Positions 46,083 to 55,663 of a stretch of DNA of 64,000 bases are shown in pieces; within the stretch, counting starts at the first letter, position 1; the number at the start of each line of letters is the position of its first letter. Under the pieces are notes generated by a model. That model was not told the origin of the DNA. It was given only the letters and a program-made list of their open reading frames with translations, and did no database searches. Source of the DNA: Rhodoblastus sp. Its GTDB lineage: Bacteria > Pseudomonadota > Alphaproteobacteria > Rhizobiales > Beijerinckiaceae. A program made the position numbers and the translations under genes. The stretch covers positions 1,516 through 65,515 of the forward strand of contig JBDHTL010000002.1 of the NCBI GenBank assembly GCA_039808645.1, given 5' to 3'.

Positions 46083-47039
46083 ATGTCGAAGAAAATTCTC
46101 GTCACGGGCGGATGCGGCTGGCTGGGGTCGGCGATCGTGCGGGCGCTGCTTGCGCGCGGCGACAGCGTCGTCGCCGCCGATCTCGGCGTCTCCGCCCCGA
46201 TAGCGGCCCTGGCTGCCCGCGATCCGCGTCTGGCCGCGCAGGCGGCCGATCTCGGCGAGTGGAGCCAGGTCGTCGATCTCTTCCGCAGGCATGCGCCGGA
46301 CGCCGTCGTGCATACGGCGGCGATCGTCGGCGTCGCGCCCGCCGCGGACATTCCTGTCAAGGCGCTGCGCGTCAACGTCGAGGGCTCGATCAATCTCTTC
46401 GAGGCGATGAGGCTCAACGGCGTCAGGCGCGTCGTCCATATCAGCACCGAGGAGACCTACGGCGATTTCCTTTCGCCCGTGATCGACGAGGAGCATCCGC
46501 AGAAGCCGACCAGCGTCTACGGCCTGACCAAGCTCGCGACCGAGCACTACGGCCGGGTCTACACGCGCGATCACGGCCTCGAATGCGTGAACGTCCGCAC
46601 CTGCTGGGTCTACGGCCCGCATCTGCCGCGCCTGCGCATGCCGCGCACCTTCGTCGAAGCCGCGTTGCGCGGCGAGCCGTTCCACCAGCCGGACGGCGGC
46701 GCATTCGCGGTCGACCAGGTCTATATCGACGACACCGTGCAAGGCGTGCTGCTCGCGCTCGACAAGGCGCAGCATCGCTTCGAGGCGTACAATATCGCGA
46801 CGGGAGCTGCGCCCACGCTACGGGACACGGCGGACGCCGTGAACCGCGCCATTCCCGGCGCGCGCATCACGGTCGGCGACAGCGGCCCCTACAAGCATGG
46901 CGGAACGGTGCTGAGCGCCGTCAAGGGCGCGCTGGACATTTCCCGCGCTCGCCGAGAGCTCGGCTACGCGCCGCGCTTCGATCTCCAGCAAGGCATCGAA
47001 GCGACCATTGCCGCCACGCGGGCCGGTCCGCCCCAGTAA
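46083..47039 (+). CDS. NAD-dependent epimerase/dehydratase-family (extended SDR) protein
   Basis: MSKKILVTGGCGWLGSAIV and YGLTKLATE (YxxxK). Confidence 0.85.
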   Translation: MSKKILVTGGCGWLGSAIVRALLARGDSVVAADLGVSAPIAALAARDPRLAAQAADLGEWSQVVDLFRRHAPDAVVHTAAIVGVAPAADIPVKALRVNVEGSINLFEAMRLNGVRRVVHISTEETYGDFLSPVIDEEHPQKPTSVYGLTKLATEHYGRVYTRDHGLECVNVRTCWVYGPHLPRLRMPRTFVEAALRGEPFHQPDGGAFAVDQVYIDDTVQGVLLALDKAQHRFEAYNIATGAAPTLRDTADAVNRAIPGARITVGDSGPYKHGGTVLSAVKGALDISRARRELGYAPRFDLQQGIEATIAATRAGPPQ

Positions 47040-47055
47040 TTTCCGAGGAAAAACC

Positions 47056-47760
47056 ATGAGCAAACCTTCCGTTCTCGTTTTCGGCGGCTCGCGTGGCATC
47101 GGCGCGGCCTGCGTCGAGGCTTTTGCGGGCGCCGGTTGGCAGGTCGGCTGCACGTTCGCGACGCGCAAGGCGCCGCGCGCCGACGTGCGCGGCTGGCAGG
47201 TCGACATTCGTGACGCCGCAGCCGTCGCGCGCGTCTTCGACGAGGCGACCGCGGCCTTCGGCGGCGCGCCGCGCGCGGTCGTGGCCAATGCCGGGATCAA
47301 TGTGCCGGGCAAGCCGATCGCCGACTTCAGCCCGGCCGATTTCCGCCTGCTGATGGAAGTGAACCTCTTCGGCGCGTACAATGTCCTCGCCGAGGCGGCG
47401 CGGCGCACGCCCGACGGCGGCGCGATCATCGGGATCACCACGTCGCTGGTGCGGCATGTCGTGCCGGGCACGGGCCCCTATTCGGCGAGCAAGGCGGCGG
47501 TCGAGAGCCTGCTGCGGGCCATGTCCAAGGAGCTGGCCGGCCGCCGCATCCGCGTCAATGGGGTCGCGCCGGGGCCGGTCGACACCGACCTCTTCAACGC
47601 CGGCAAGACCGAGGAGGTCAAGCAGCGCATGGCGGCGTTCAGTCCGCTCAATCGGATCGGGCGTCCGGACGAGATCGCCAATGTCGTTCGCTTCCTTGCC
47701 TCCGACGAGGCTTCGTGGGTGACGGGGCAGATCGTGCAGCCCAATGGCGGAATGATATGA
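47056..47760 (+). CDS. SDR-family oxidoreductase (classical, 234 aa)
   Basis: VFGGSRGIGAACV, NAGI, YSASKAAVE. Start ATG 47056. Confidence 0.85.
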   Translation: MSKPSVLVFGGSRGIGAACVEAFAGAGWQVGCTFATRKAPRADVRGWQVDIRDAAAVARVFDEATAAFGGAPRAVVANAGINVPGKPIADFSPADFRLLMEVNLFGAYNVLAEAARRTPDGGAIIGITTSLVRHVVPGTGPYSASKAAVESLLRAMSKELAGRRIRVNGVAPGPVDTDLFNAGKTEEVKQRMAAFSPLNRIGRPDEIANVVRFLASDEASWVTGQIVQPNGGMI

Positions 47761-49457
47761 GCGCAAGCGCCGACGCGCTGCGGGACGAGTTCGATGCGAT
47801 CGTCGTCGGCGCCGGCGCCGGCGGCCTTGCGGCCGCCTGCACGGCGGCGATGAACGGCTGTTCGACGCTGCTTGTCGAACAGGCCGACGTCGTCGGCGGC
47901 ACGACGGCGATTTCGGGCGGCATGGTCTGGCTGCCGGGCAACCACAAGATGGCGGAAGCCGGACGCGCCGACAGCGCCGAGGCGGCGCGCGCCTATCTCG
48001 CAGCGACCGCGCCGAGCGCCGACCCTGTGCGGCTCGAGGCCTTTCTCGCGCATGGCGACGAGGCGCTGCGCGATTTCGAAGCGCATACGTCGGTGCGCCT
48101 TCAGCCGGTCATGACCTATCCGGATTATTATCCCGACCTTCCCGGCGCGACGGCCGGAGGCCGCGTCCTGGAGCCCGTTCCGTTCGACGCGCGCGCGCTC
48201 GGTCCGGCCTTCGCGCTGGTGCGTCCGCCGCTGCCCGAATTCATGCTGTTCGGCGGGATGATGATCAGCCGCGCCGACATTCCCCATCTGCGCCGCGCGA
48301 TGAAATCGCTGTCGTCCGCCAAACGCGCGGCGCAGCTCGTCGCGCACTATGCGTTGCAGCGCCTGCGCGCGCCGCGCGGCACATCGCTCTATCTCGGCAA
48401 TGCGCTCGTCGCGCGGCTGCTCAAGTCGGCGCTCGATCTCGGCGTGACCGTCCGGACCGGCTTCGCCGTCGCGGCTCTGGAGCGGGACGCGCACGGGCGG
48501 TTCGTCGTGGATCTGGCCGGCAAGGGCGAGCGTCGCCGCATCGTCGCGCGGCGCGGCGTGGTTCTGGCGACCGGCGGCCTCTCGCACGATCTCGAGCTGC
48601 GCCGCCGTTTCGTGCCCGGCGCGGCGGGCGATCTCACGGCGACCGTGCGGCCCGGCCCTGCGCAAAGCGGCGCGCGCCTCGCGGGCGCCGTCGGCGCCGC
48701 GCTCTCGACGCCGACGCAGGAGGGCGCCTTCTGGGTTCCGGCCTCGACGTTCACGCGCAAGGACGGTTCGGCCGCGCTGTTCCCGCATACGGTGACGGAT
48801 CGCGCAAAGCCGGGGCTCATCGCCGTGGATTCGAACGGCAGGCGCTTCGTCAACGAGGCTGTCTCCTATCACGAATTCGTCCGCGCCCAGCTCCGCAACG
48901 CGAACAGCGCGATTCCGGCCTGGCTGATCTGCGACAGGAATTTCCTCTGGAAATACGGGCTCGGCCGGGTAAGGCCGTTCACCGCCTCCGTCCGGGCCGA
49001 TGTCGCATCCGGCTATCTCAAGCGCGCCTCGACAATCGCCGATCTCGCGCGCGAGATCGGCGCGCCTGCGCAAGCGCTGTCCGAGACCGTCGCCTATTTC
49101 AACCGCCATGCCGAGGCGGGCGAGGATCCGGCGTTCGGCCGCGGCCGGGACATCTATCAACGTTCGCTCGGCGACGCGGACCACAAGCCGAACCCCTGCG
49201 TTGCGCCGATCGTGCAGGCGCCGTTCTTCGCCGTCGCGGTCACGCCGGCCGATCTGGGGATGTCCGCGGGCATCCGGACGGACGCCGGAGCGCGCGTGCT
49301 GGCCGGCGACGGGGCGCCGATCCCGGGTCTTTACGCCTGCGGGAACGACATGGCCTCGATCATGGAGGGCGCCTATCCGGGCCCCGGGATCACGCTCGGG
49401 CCGGCGCTGGTGTTCGGGTGGCTGGCGGGCCGGGCGATCGCCGGGGATGCAGCATGA
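47757..49457 (+). CDS. FAD-dependent oxidoreductase of the fumarate-reductase/3-ketosteroid-dehydrogenase (FAD_binding_2) type
   Basis: DAIVVGAGAGGLAAACTAA...VVGGTTAISGGMVWLPGN, and C-terminal GLYACGND. ATGA overlap upstream. Confidence 0.85.
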   Translation: MSASADALRDEFDAIVVGAGAGGLAAACTAAMNGCSTLLVEQADVVGGTTAISGGMVWLPGNHKMAEAGRADSAEAARAYLAATAPSADPVRLEAFLAHGDEALRDFEAHTSVRLQPVMTYPDYYPDLPGATAGGRVLEPVPFDARALGPAFALVRPPLPEFMLFGGMMISRADIPHLRRAMKSLSSAKRAAQLVAHYALQRLRAPRGTSLYLGNALVARLLKSALDLGVTVRTGFAVAALERDAHGRFVVDLAGKGERRRIVARRGVVLATGGLSHDLELRRRFVPGAAGDLTATVRPGPAQSGARLAGAVGAALSTPTQEGAFWVPASTFTRKDGSAALFPHTVTDRAKPGLIAVDSNGRRFVNEAVSYHEFVRAQLRNANSAIPAWLICDRNFLWKYGLGRVRPFTASVRADVASGYLKRASTIADLAREIGAPAQALSETVAYFNRHAEAGEDPAFGRGRDIYQRSLGDADHKPNPCVAPIVQAPFFAVAVTPADLGMSAGIRTDAGARVLAGDGAPIPGLYACGNDMASIMEGAYPGPGITLGPALVFGWLAGRAIAGDAA

Positions 49458-49470
49458 AGGGAGCGACCGC

Positions 49471-50916
49471 GTGAGCGCAGGGGCGCAGATCGACGTACTG
49501 GTCGTCGGCGGCGGGAACGCGGCGCTCTGCGCCGCGCTGATGGCGCGCGAGGCCGGCGCCTCCGTGCTGATGCTGGAATCGGCGCCGCAGGAATGGCGCG
49601 GCGGCAATTCGATGCATGTGCGCAATCTCCGCTGCATGCACGACGAGCCGCAGGACGTGCTCGTCGGTTCCTATCCGGAGGAGGAGTTCTGGCAGGACCT
49701 GCTGAAGGTGACGGGCGGGTTGACCGACGAGACGCTGGCGCGCCTCGCCATACGCCATTCCTCGCGATGCCGGCCGTGGATGTCCAGGCACGGCGTGCGC
49801 TTCCAGCCGCCCCTGTCGGGCGCGCTGCATGTGGCGCGCACCAACGCCTTCTTCATGGGCGGCGGCAAGGCGCTGGTGAACGCCTACTACCGCAGCGCCC
49901 GGAACCTCGGCGCCCGCGTCCGCTACGATACGCCGGTCGAGAGCCTCGACATCGACAATGGCCGGTTCGTCGCCGCCATCACGAAAGCCGGGGAGCGGAT
50001 CGAGGCGAGGACCTGCGTGCTGGCCTGCGGCGGATTCGAATCCAATCTCGAATGGCAGCGCGAAGCCTGGGGGCAGAACGAGCGCGGCGAATGGACCGCC
50101 GAGAACTTCCTCATCCGCGGCACCCGCTACAATCAGGGCGTGCTTCTGAAATTCATGATCGACGCCGGCGCCGACGCGGTCGGCGACCCGACACAGGCGC
50201 ATTGCGTCGCCATCGACGCGCGCGCGCCGCTCTACGACGGCGGCATATGCACCCGCATCGACTGCGTGTCGCTCGGCGTCGTGGTCAATCGCGAGGCGCG
50301 CCGGTTCTACGACGAGGGCGAGGACTTCTGGCCGAAGCGCTACGCCATCTGGGGCCGTCTGGTCGCGCAGCAGCCGGGCCAGACGGCCTGGTCGATCATC
50401 GATCGCAAGGCGATCGGCCGTTTCATGCCGCCGGTGTTCGACGGGACGCAGGCGGATACTCTGGAGGAACTCGCCGCGAAGATCGGGGTCGACGTCGGCG
50501 CCTTCGTCGAAACCGTGACGGCCTACAATGCGGCCTGCCGGCCGGGACATTTCGACCATACGGCGCTGGACGATTGCCAGACCGAGGGGCTCGAGCCGGC
50601 CAAGACGCACTGGGCGCTGCCGATCGATGCGCCGCCGTTCGTCGCCTATCCGCTCAAACCCGGCATCACCTTCACCTATCTCGGCATGAAGACGGACGCC
50701 ACGACCGCGGTTCGCTTCAGCGGCCGGCCGAGCCCGAACCTGTTCGCGGCGGGCGAGATGATGGCGGGCAACGTGCTCGGCAAGGGCTATACCGCGGGCG
50801 TCGGCATGAGTATCGGCACGGCTTTCGGCAGGATCGCCGGCGTCCGCGCCGCCGAGGCCGCCGGGCGCCGCCATCAGACCTTCCACGAGGAATTGTCCCA
50901 TGCCGCCGCTCGCTGA
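49471..50916 (+). CDS. tcuA: FAD-dependent tricarballylate dehydrogenase-like flavoprotein (TcuA family)
   Basis: [29 protein letters not shown]...[17 protein letters not shown]...[11 protein letters not shown]...[26 protein letters not shown] matches my recollection of TcuA. GTG 49471 follows GAAGGGAG; ATG 49447 is the alternative. Confidence 0.8.
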   Translation: MSAGAQIDVLVVGGGNAALCAALMAREAGASVLMLESAPQEWRGGNSMHVRNLRCMHDEPQDVLVGSYPEEEFWQDLLKVTGGLTDETLARLAIRHSSRCRPWMSRHGVRFQPPLSGALHVARTNAFFMGGGKALVNAYYRSARNLGARVRYDTPVESLDIDNGRFVAAITKAGERIEARTCVLACGGFESNLEWQREAWGQNERGEWTAENFLIRGTRYNQGVLLKFMIDAGADAVGDPTQAHCVAIDARAPLYDGGICTRIDCVSLGVVVNREARRFYDEGEDFWPKRYAIWGRLVAQQPGQTAWSIIDRKAIGRFMPPVFDGTQADTLEELAAKIGVDVGAFVETVTAYNAACRPGHFDHTALDDCQTEGLEPAKTHWALPIDAPPFVAYPLKPGITFTYLGMKTDATTAVRFSGRPSPNLFAAGEMMAGNVLGKGYTAGVGMSIGTAFGRIAGVRAAEAAGRRHQTFHEELSHAAAR

Positions 50917-52060
50917 TTTCGTGAAGGCGGACACGGCCGCCGAGCGCGAGATCGCGCGCATCATGCAGATCTGCAACGCCTGCCGCTATTGCGAAGGCTT
51001 CTGCGCGGTCTTTCCCGCGATGACGCGCCGCCTCGAGTTCGGCAAGGCCGATGTGCACTACCTCGCCAACCTCTGTCACAATTGCGGCGCCTGTCTCCAT
51101 GCCTGCCAATATGCGCCGCCGCACCAGTTCGCCGTGAACGTGCCGCAGGCGATGGCGAAGGCGCGCCTGGAGACCTACAGCGCGTTCAGCTGGCCGCGCG
51201 CGTTCGGCCGCCTCTACGCTCGCGCCGGACTGACCATCGCGCTTGCGCTTGCCGCGGGTTGCGCGGCTTTCCTTCTGCTCGCCTCCGCGCTCTCCGGCGG
51301 GCTCGTGGGCGCGGTCGAAGGCGGGAACTTCTACGCGATCTTCCCGCACAACCTTCTTGTCGTCGTGTTCGGCGCGGCGTTCGTCTATGCCATCGTCGCG
51401 CTCGGCCTGGGCGGCGCGCGATTCTGGCGCGGGATTTCGCCGCCGCAGGACCGCCGCGATCTTCCGCTGATCGCCGCAGCGCGCGGGCCGGCGGCCGTCG
51501 AGGCGGCCGGCGCGGCCGCGACGCTGAAATATCTCGACGGCGGGCACGGCCTGGGGTGCAACGAGGAGGACGACCGGTTCACGCTGGCCCGGCGCCGGTT
51601 CCATCACCTTACCTTCTACGGCTTCCTGCTCTGCTTCGCCTCGACCAGCGTGGCGACGCTCTACCATTACGTTCTCGGCCTGCCGGCGCCCTACGGCTGG
51701 GCGAGCGCGCCCGTCGTTCTCGGCATTGTCGGCGGCGCAGGACTGCTGATCGGTCCGGCAGGCCTGATGTGGCTCAACCTCAGGCGCCATCCGCAGCACG
51801 GCGACAGCGAACAACGCGCGCTCGACCGCGGTTTCATCGCGCTTCTGTTCCTCGTGAGCGCGACCGGTTTCGCCGTGCTGTTTCTGCGCCACACGGCGCT
51901 GCTGCCGCTCACGCTCGCCTTGCATCTGGGGGCCGTGATGGCGCTGTTCCTGACGATGCCCTACGGCAAGTTCGCGCATGCCGTCTTTCGCCTGGTGGCG
52001 CTGCTCAAATTCGCGATCGAAAAGCGGCTGCCGAACAGGCTCACGCTGGGCGGCGAATAG
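50900..52060 (+). CDS. tcuB: Tricarballylate utilisation Fe-S membrane protein (TcuB family)
   Basis: [15 protein letters not shown] and [17 protein letters not shown] clusters, followed by several TM helices. It overlaps the tcuA-like 3' end by 17 nt. Confidence 0.8.
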   Translation: MPPLADFVKADTAAEREIARIMQICNACRYCEGFCAVFPAMTRRLEFGKADVHYLANLCHNCGACLHACQYAPPHQFAVNVPQAMAKARLETYSAFSWPRAFGRLYARAGLTIALALAAGCAAFLLLASALSGGLVGAVEGGNFYAIFPHNLLVVVFGAAFVYAIVALGLGGARFWRGISPPQDRRDLPLIAAARGPAAVEAAGAAATLKYLDGGHGLGCNEEDDRFTLARRRFHHLTFYGFLLCFASTSVATLYHYVLGLPAPYGWASAPVVLGIVGGAGLLIGPAGLMWLNLRRHPQHGDSEQRALDRGFIALLFLVSATGFAVLFLRHTALLPLTLALHLGAVMALFLTMPYGKFAHAVFRLVALLKFAIEKRLPNRLTLGGE

Positions 52061-52063
52061 GCC

Positions 52064-52100
52064 GGGCGGAGTGCGCGCCGGTTTCGGCGGCTCCCCGCCC
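52064..52100. terminator. GC-rich imperfect inverted repeat between convergent genes (possible bidirectional terminator)
   Basis: gggcggag ... ctccccgccc, with an inner gccg-gttt-cggc hairpin, in the 48-nt gap between the tcuB-like and GMC stops. Confidence 0.3.
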
Positions 52101-52108
52101 GTGCGCGT

Positions 52109-53728
52109 TCAACGCGCGTCTTGGAGAATGTACGCTGCGCCCTTTTCGGCGATCATGGCGGTCGGCGTATTCGTGTTGCCGGACGTGATCGTCGGCATGA
52201 TCGAGGCGTCGACCACGCGAAGGCCGGCAAGGCCGCGCAAACGCAACCGCTCGTCCACGACCGCGAGCGGATCGCTCGCAAGCCCCATCTTGGCGACGCC
52301 CACGGGATGGAAGATCGTCGTGCCGATGTCGCCGGCCGCCCTGGCGAGCGACGCCTCGTCGTCGCCGACCTGCGGTCCGGGCAGGTATTCCTCCGGCCGA
52401 TAGGCCTGCAGCACCGGCTGACGCATCAGGCGCCGCGTCACGCGAATGGCGTCCGCCGCCACCTGGCGGTCTTCCTCAGTGGAGAGATAGTTCGGCGCGA
52501 TCCGGGGCGGCGCTTCGAGCGCCGACGCCCCGATCCGGATCGTTCCGCGCGACGTGGGCCGCAGGTTGCACGCGGCGACCGTGATGGCGGGGAAGCGGTG
52601 CAGCGGCTCGCCGAACTTGTCGAGCGAGAGCGGCTGGACATGAAACTGGATATCGGCGCGCTCCTTCACGGCGCTGGAGCGCGTGAATATGCCGAGCTGC
52701 GAGGGCGCCATCGTCAGCGGACCGCGCCGTCGCAGCGCGTAGTCGAGGCCCATCCATGCGCGCCGGGGCAGCGAATAATAGGTTTCGTTCAATGTGCGAA
52801 CGCCATGCACCTTGAAGATCGCGCGCTGCTGGAGATGGTCCTGGAGATTGCGGCCGACGCCCTGCCGGTCGAGCGTCACGTCGATGCCGAGCGGCTGAAG
52901 CCATTCGCCGGGACCCACGCCCGAGCGATGCAGAACTTGCGTCGATCCGATCGAGCCCGCGCAGAGAATGACCTCGCCTTTCGTGAACGCCTCCACCGCC
53001 TCGGCGCCTTGCCGGAACCTGACGCCGACGGCGCGGCCGTCCTTCAGGATCAGGCGGTCGGCCTCGACATTGGTCTCGAGGCGCAGGTTGGGGCGCGACA
53101 GGGCCGGCTTGAGAAAGCCGCGCGCGGCAGACCAGCGCCGCCCGGACCGCTGGTTGACATGGAAATATCCCACGCCCTCGTTGTCGCCGGTATTGAAGTC
53201 GGGCGTGCGGCGGATGCCCATCTGCGTCGCCGCATCCGCGACGGCGTCGAGGATCTTCCAGGAAATGCGGGGCGCCTCGATGCGCCATCCGCCGCCGACG
53301 CCGTGATGCTCGCTCGCGCCGAGAAAATGATCCTCGAGCGACTTGAAGGCCGGCAGCACGTCGTCCCATCCCCATCCCGGCAGCCCGAGCTGACGCCAGT
53401 GATCGTAGTCGGCCGCCTGTCCGCGCATCGAGATCATCGCGTTGATCGCGGAGGAGCCGCCGATCACCTTGCCGCGCGGGTAGGCCAGCGCGCGGCCGTT
53501 CAGGCCGGGCTCCGCCTCGGTCTTGAACATCCAGTCCGACCGCGGATTGCCGATGGCGAAGAGATAGCCGACCGGAATGTGAAACCAGATCCAATTGTCC
53601 CGACCGCCGGCCTCCAGCAGCAGCACGCGCTTGGCGGGATCGGCCGACAGCCGGTTCGCGACGATGCATCCGGCCGTGCCCGCGCCGACGACGATGTAGT
53701 CGAAGTCCCCGTCGAGCCGCTTGGCCAT
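52109..53728 (-). CDS. GMC-family FAD oxidoreductase (choline dehydrogenase-like)
   Basis: DYIVVGAGTAGCIVANRLSADPAKRVLLLEAGG and GGSSAINAMISMRG. C-terminus HPVGVAKMG...VVDASIMP. Start ATG 53728. Confidence 0.9.
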   Translation of the reverse strand: MAKRLDGDFDYIVVGAGTAGCIVANRLSADPAKRVLLLEAGGRDNWIWFHIPVGYLFAIGNPRSDWMFKTEAEPGLNGRALAYPRGKVIGGSSAINAMISMRGQAADYDHWRQLGLPGWGWDDVLPAFKSLEDHFLGASEHHGVGGGWRIEAPRISWKILDAVADAATQMGIRRTPDFNTGDNEGVGYFHVNQRSGRRWSAARGFLKPALSRPNLRLETNVEADRLILKDGRAVGVRFRQGAEAVEAFTKGEVILCAGSIGSTQVLHRSGVGPGEWLQPLGIDVTLDRQGVGRNLQDHLQQRAIFKVHGVRTLNETYYSLPRRAWMGLDYALRRRGPLTMAPSQLGIFTRSSAVKERADIQFHVQPLSLDKFGEPLHRFPAITVAACNLRPTSRGTIRIGASALEAPPRIAPNYLSTEEDRQVAADAIRVTRRLMRQPVLQAYRPEEYLPGPQVGDDEASLARAAGDIGTTIFHPVGVAKMGLASDPLAVVDERLRLRGLAGLRVVDASIMPTITSGNTNTPTAMIAEKGAAYILQDAR

Positions 53729-54043
53729 CCCACTATCCCCAGCTGGAGCGAAACCGGAATTCTCGGTCGCTCCCCATAGCACGCCTGGCGGTTCGGTCGA
53801 AAAGGCGCCGTTGTTCCGATCGTCGCGCGGGAGACGTCCCGAGGTTTGCTCGAAGCGACCCGCCGGTCATGCCGCGACACGCGTTGCCGATCGCCGCCGA
53901 ATGCGAAAGCGAGGCGGTCCTGGCCGTGCGCGCGACGGTAACCTCGTCCGCGACCGCGACGGTCAGCTGTCCGGATTCCGCGATCAGACCGGCGACGTTC
54001 CGCGCGTGGGACGAGAAGATCGTGGACGATGCGGTCTGCGCCG

Positions 54044-55645
54044 TCACATCGCGCGCGCGGCGGCGCGCGCCGTCATGATGCAGCCCGGCAGGAACGTGCC
54101 CTCCAGCGAGCGCTTGCCCGAGGCGCCGCCGCCGCCGAAGCCCGCCGCCTCGCCGACGCAATAGAGGCCGCCGATCGGCCGTCCCTGCGCATCGAGCGCA
54201 CGGCTGTGAAGATCGGTCTGCAGGCCGCCGAGGCTCTTGCGCGTGACGAGCTGCATGTGCACGGCGATGAACGGACCCGCGCCGGGCTTCTGCAGCGGCG
54301 CGGGCTTGCACGTGCGAAGCCGGTCGGACGGCCATTGCCGCGCGTGGAGAATGCGCCGGATCTGGTCGTCGTTGTGCAGTTTCGAACCGTTGGCGAAATT
54401 GGCGTCGAAGGCGTCTGCGGTCGCCTGCAGGACGTCCGCTTTCACGTCGTTCGTTCCGGTCAGCGCGTTCATCTTGGCGGCGAGGCCTGCAAGCGTGTCG
54501 TCGACGAGGAAATGCCCGCTCTCCCGCTGCAACTGGCGAACGAGCCGGTTGTTGCCGAGCAGCGTCTCGATCATGAACAGGACGAACTGCCTGTCGCGGA
54601 CGCGCGGGTTGTGTTCGGCGCCGGAGATGGCGAATTCCTTCGCCGCGATGCGCCGGTTCAGGAGGTGCCACGTATAGGGCTTCTCCTGTTCCGCGACGCG
54701 CCGGCAGAGATCATGCGTGTCGAAGCCCGTCACCAGCGGCTCCGGCCCGATGCGCTCGCCGCGATGGTTCAGCCAAAGGGCCGACTTGCAGGGGATCGCG
54801 GAGAGGCCGTGACCCGGGAAGTGCGGGAAGGGGTGCGGGAATCCGGCGGCATAGTTCCACATCTCGCCGGCATGCGTAATCCGCGCGCCGAGAGCGTCGG
54901 CCGCCAGATGGTGCAGCTTGCCGTCGGAATAGGGATGCGCGCCGTTCAGCATGGTCGCCGGCATCGGGCGATCCTTCGGCCAGTTCGCGCGCGCCTGTTC
55001 GTGCGAACCGTTGATTCCGCCCGTGGCCAGCACGACGATCGGCGCTTCGATGCGCGTTTCCGCGCCAGTCTCCTCGGCGATCGCGCGCGCGCCCGAGACG
55101 GCGCCGCCGCTGTGATCCAGGTGCGTCACGCGATGGCGATGCAGGATTTGCAGCTTGCCGCCTTCGCCTGCCGCGCGCATCGCTTCGATCAGCCGGCGCG
55201 TCATGAAGCGGGACGTTCCCCAGACGATGTGATAGCGCGGCATCGAATTGCCGTCGCCCTGTAGCCCGCGCTCGACCCAGTTGACCGCCGGCATGAAGTC
55301 GACGCCTTCCCTACGAAGCCAGTCGTAGACGTCGCTCCGGGAATGCTCGACGTAGTAGCGCGCCCAGGCGCGCGGCCAATGGTCGTCCTCGTCAAGCGCG
55401 CCGAAGCGGAGCCAGTCTCGCAGCGCGATCTCCGGACTGTCGGGAATGCGGAAGCGCGCCTGCAACGGCGTGCCGACCAGCGCCATGCCGCCGAACGCCC
55501 ACAAGGCGAGTCCGCCGAGCCGCTCGGGCGTGTCGCGATCGACCAGCGTCACCGATTTTCCGGCGCGCAGACATTCGAGCGCGGCGACGACGCCCGCGAT
55601 GCCGCCGCCGGCGACGAGAACGTCCGACTGGATGATGGTCGTCAT
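54044..55645 (-). CDS. FAD-binding dehydrogenase (uncharacterised flavoprotein family, FAD_binding_2-like)
   Basis: DVLVAGGGIAGVVAALECLRAGKSVTLVDR, and C-terminal GLYCVGEAAGFGGGG. RBS GGGAGC before ATG 55645. Confidence 0.85.
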   Translation of the reverse strand: MTTIIQSDVLVAGGGIAGVVAALECLRAGKSVTLVDRDTPERLGGLALWAFGGMALVGTPLQARFRIPDSPEIALRDWLRFGALDEDDHWPRAWARYYVEHSRSDVYDWLRREGVDFMPAVNWVERGLQGDGNSMPRYHIVWGTSRFMTRRLIEAMRAAGEGGKLQILHRHRVTHLDHSGGAVSGARAIAEETGAETRIEAPIVVLATGGINGSHEQARANWPKDRPMPATMLNGAHPYSDGKLHHLAADALGARITHAGEMWNYAAGFPHPFPHFPGHGLSAIPCKSALWLNHRGERIGPEPLVTGFDTHDLCRRVAEQEKPYTWHLLNRRIAAKEFAISGAEHNPRVRDRQFVLFMIETLLGNNRLVRQLQRESGHFLVDDTLAGLAAKMNALTGTNDVKADVLQATADAFDANFANGSKLHNDDQIRRILHARQWPSDRLRTCKPAPLQKPGAGPFIAVHMQLVTRKSLGGLQTDLHSRALDAQGRPIGGLYCVGEAAGFGGGGASGKRSLEGTFLPGCIMTARAAARAM

Positions 55646-55663
55646 GGTTGCTCCCGGCTGATC

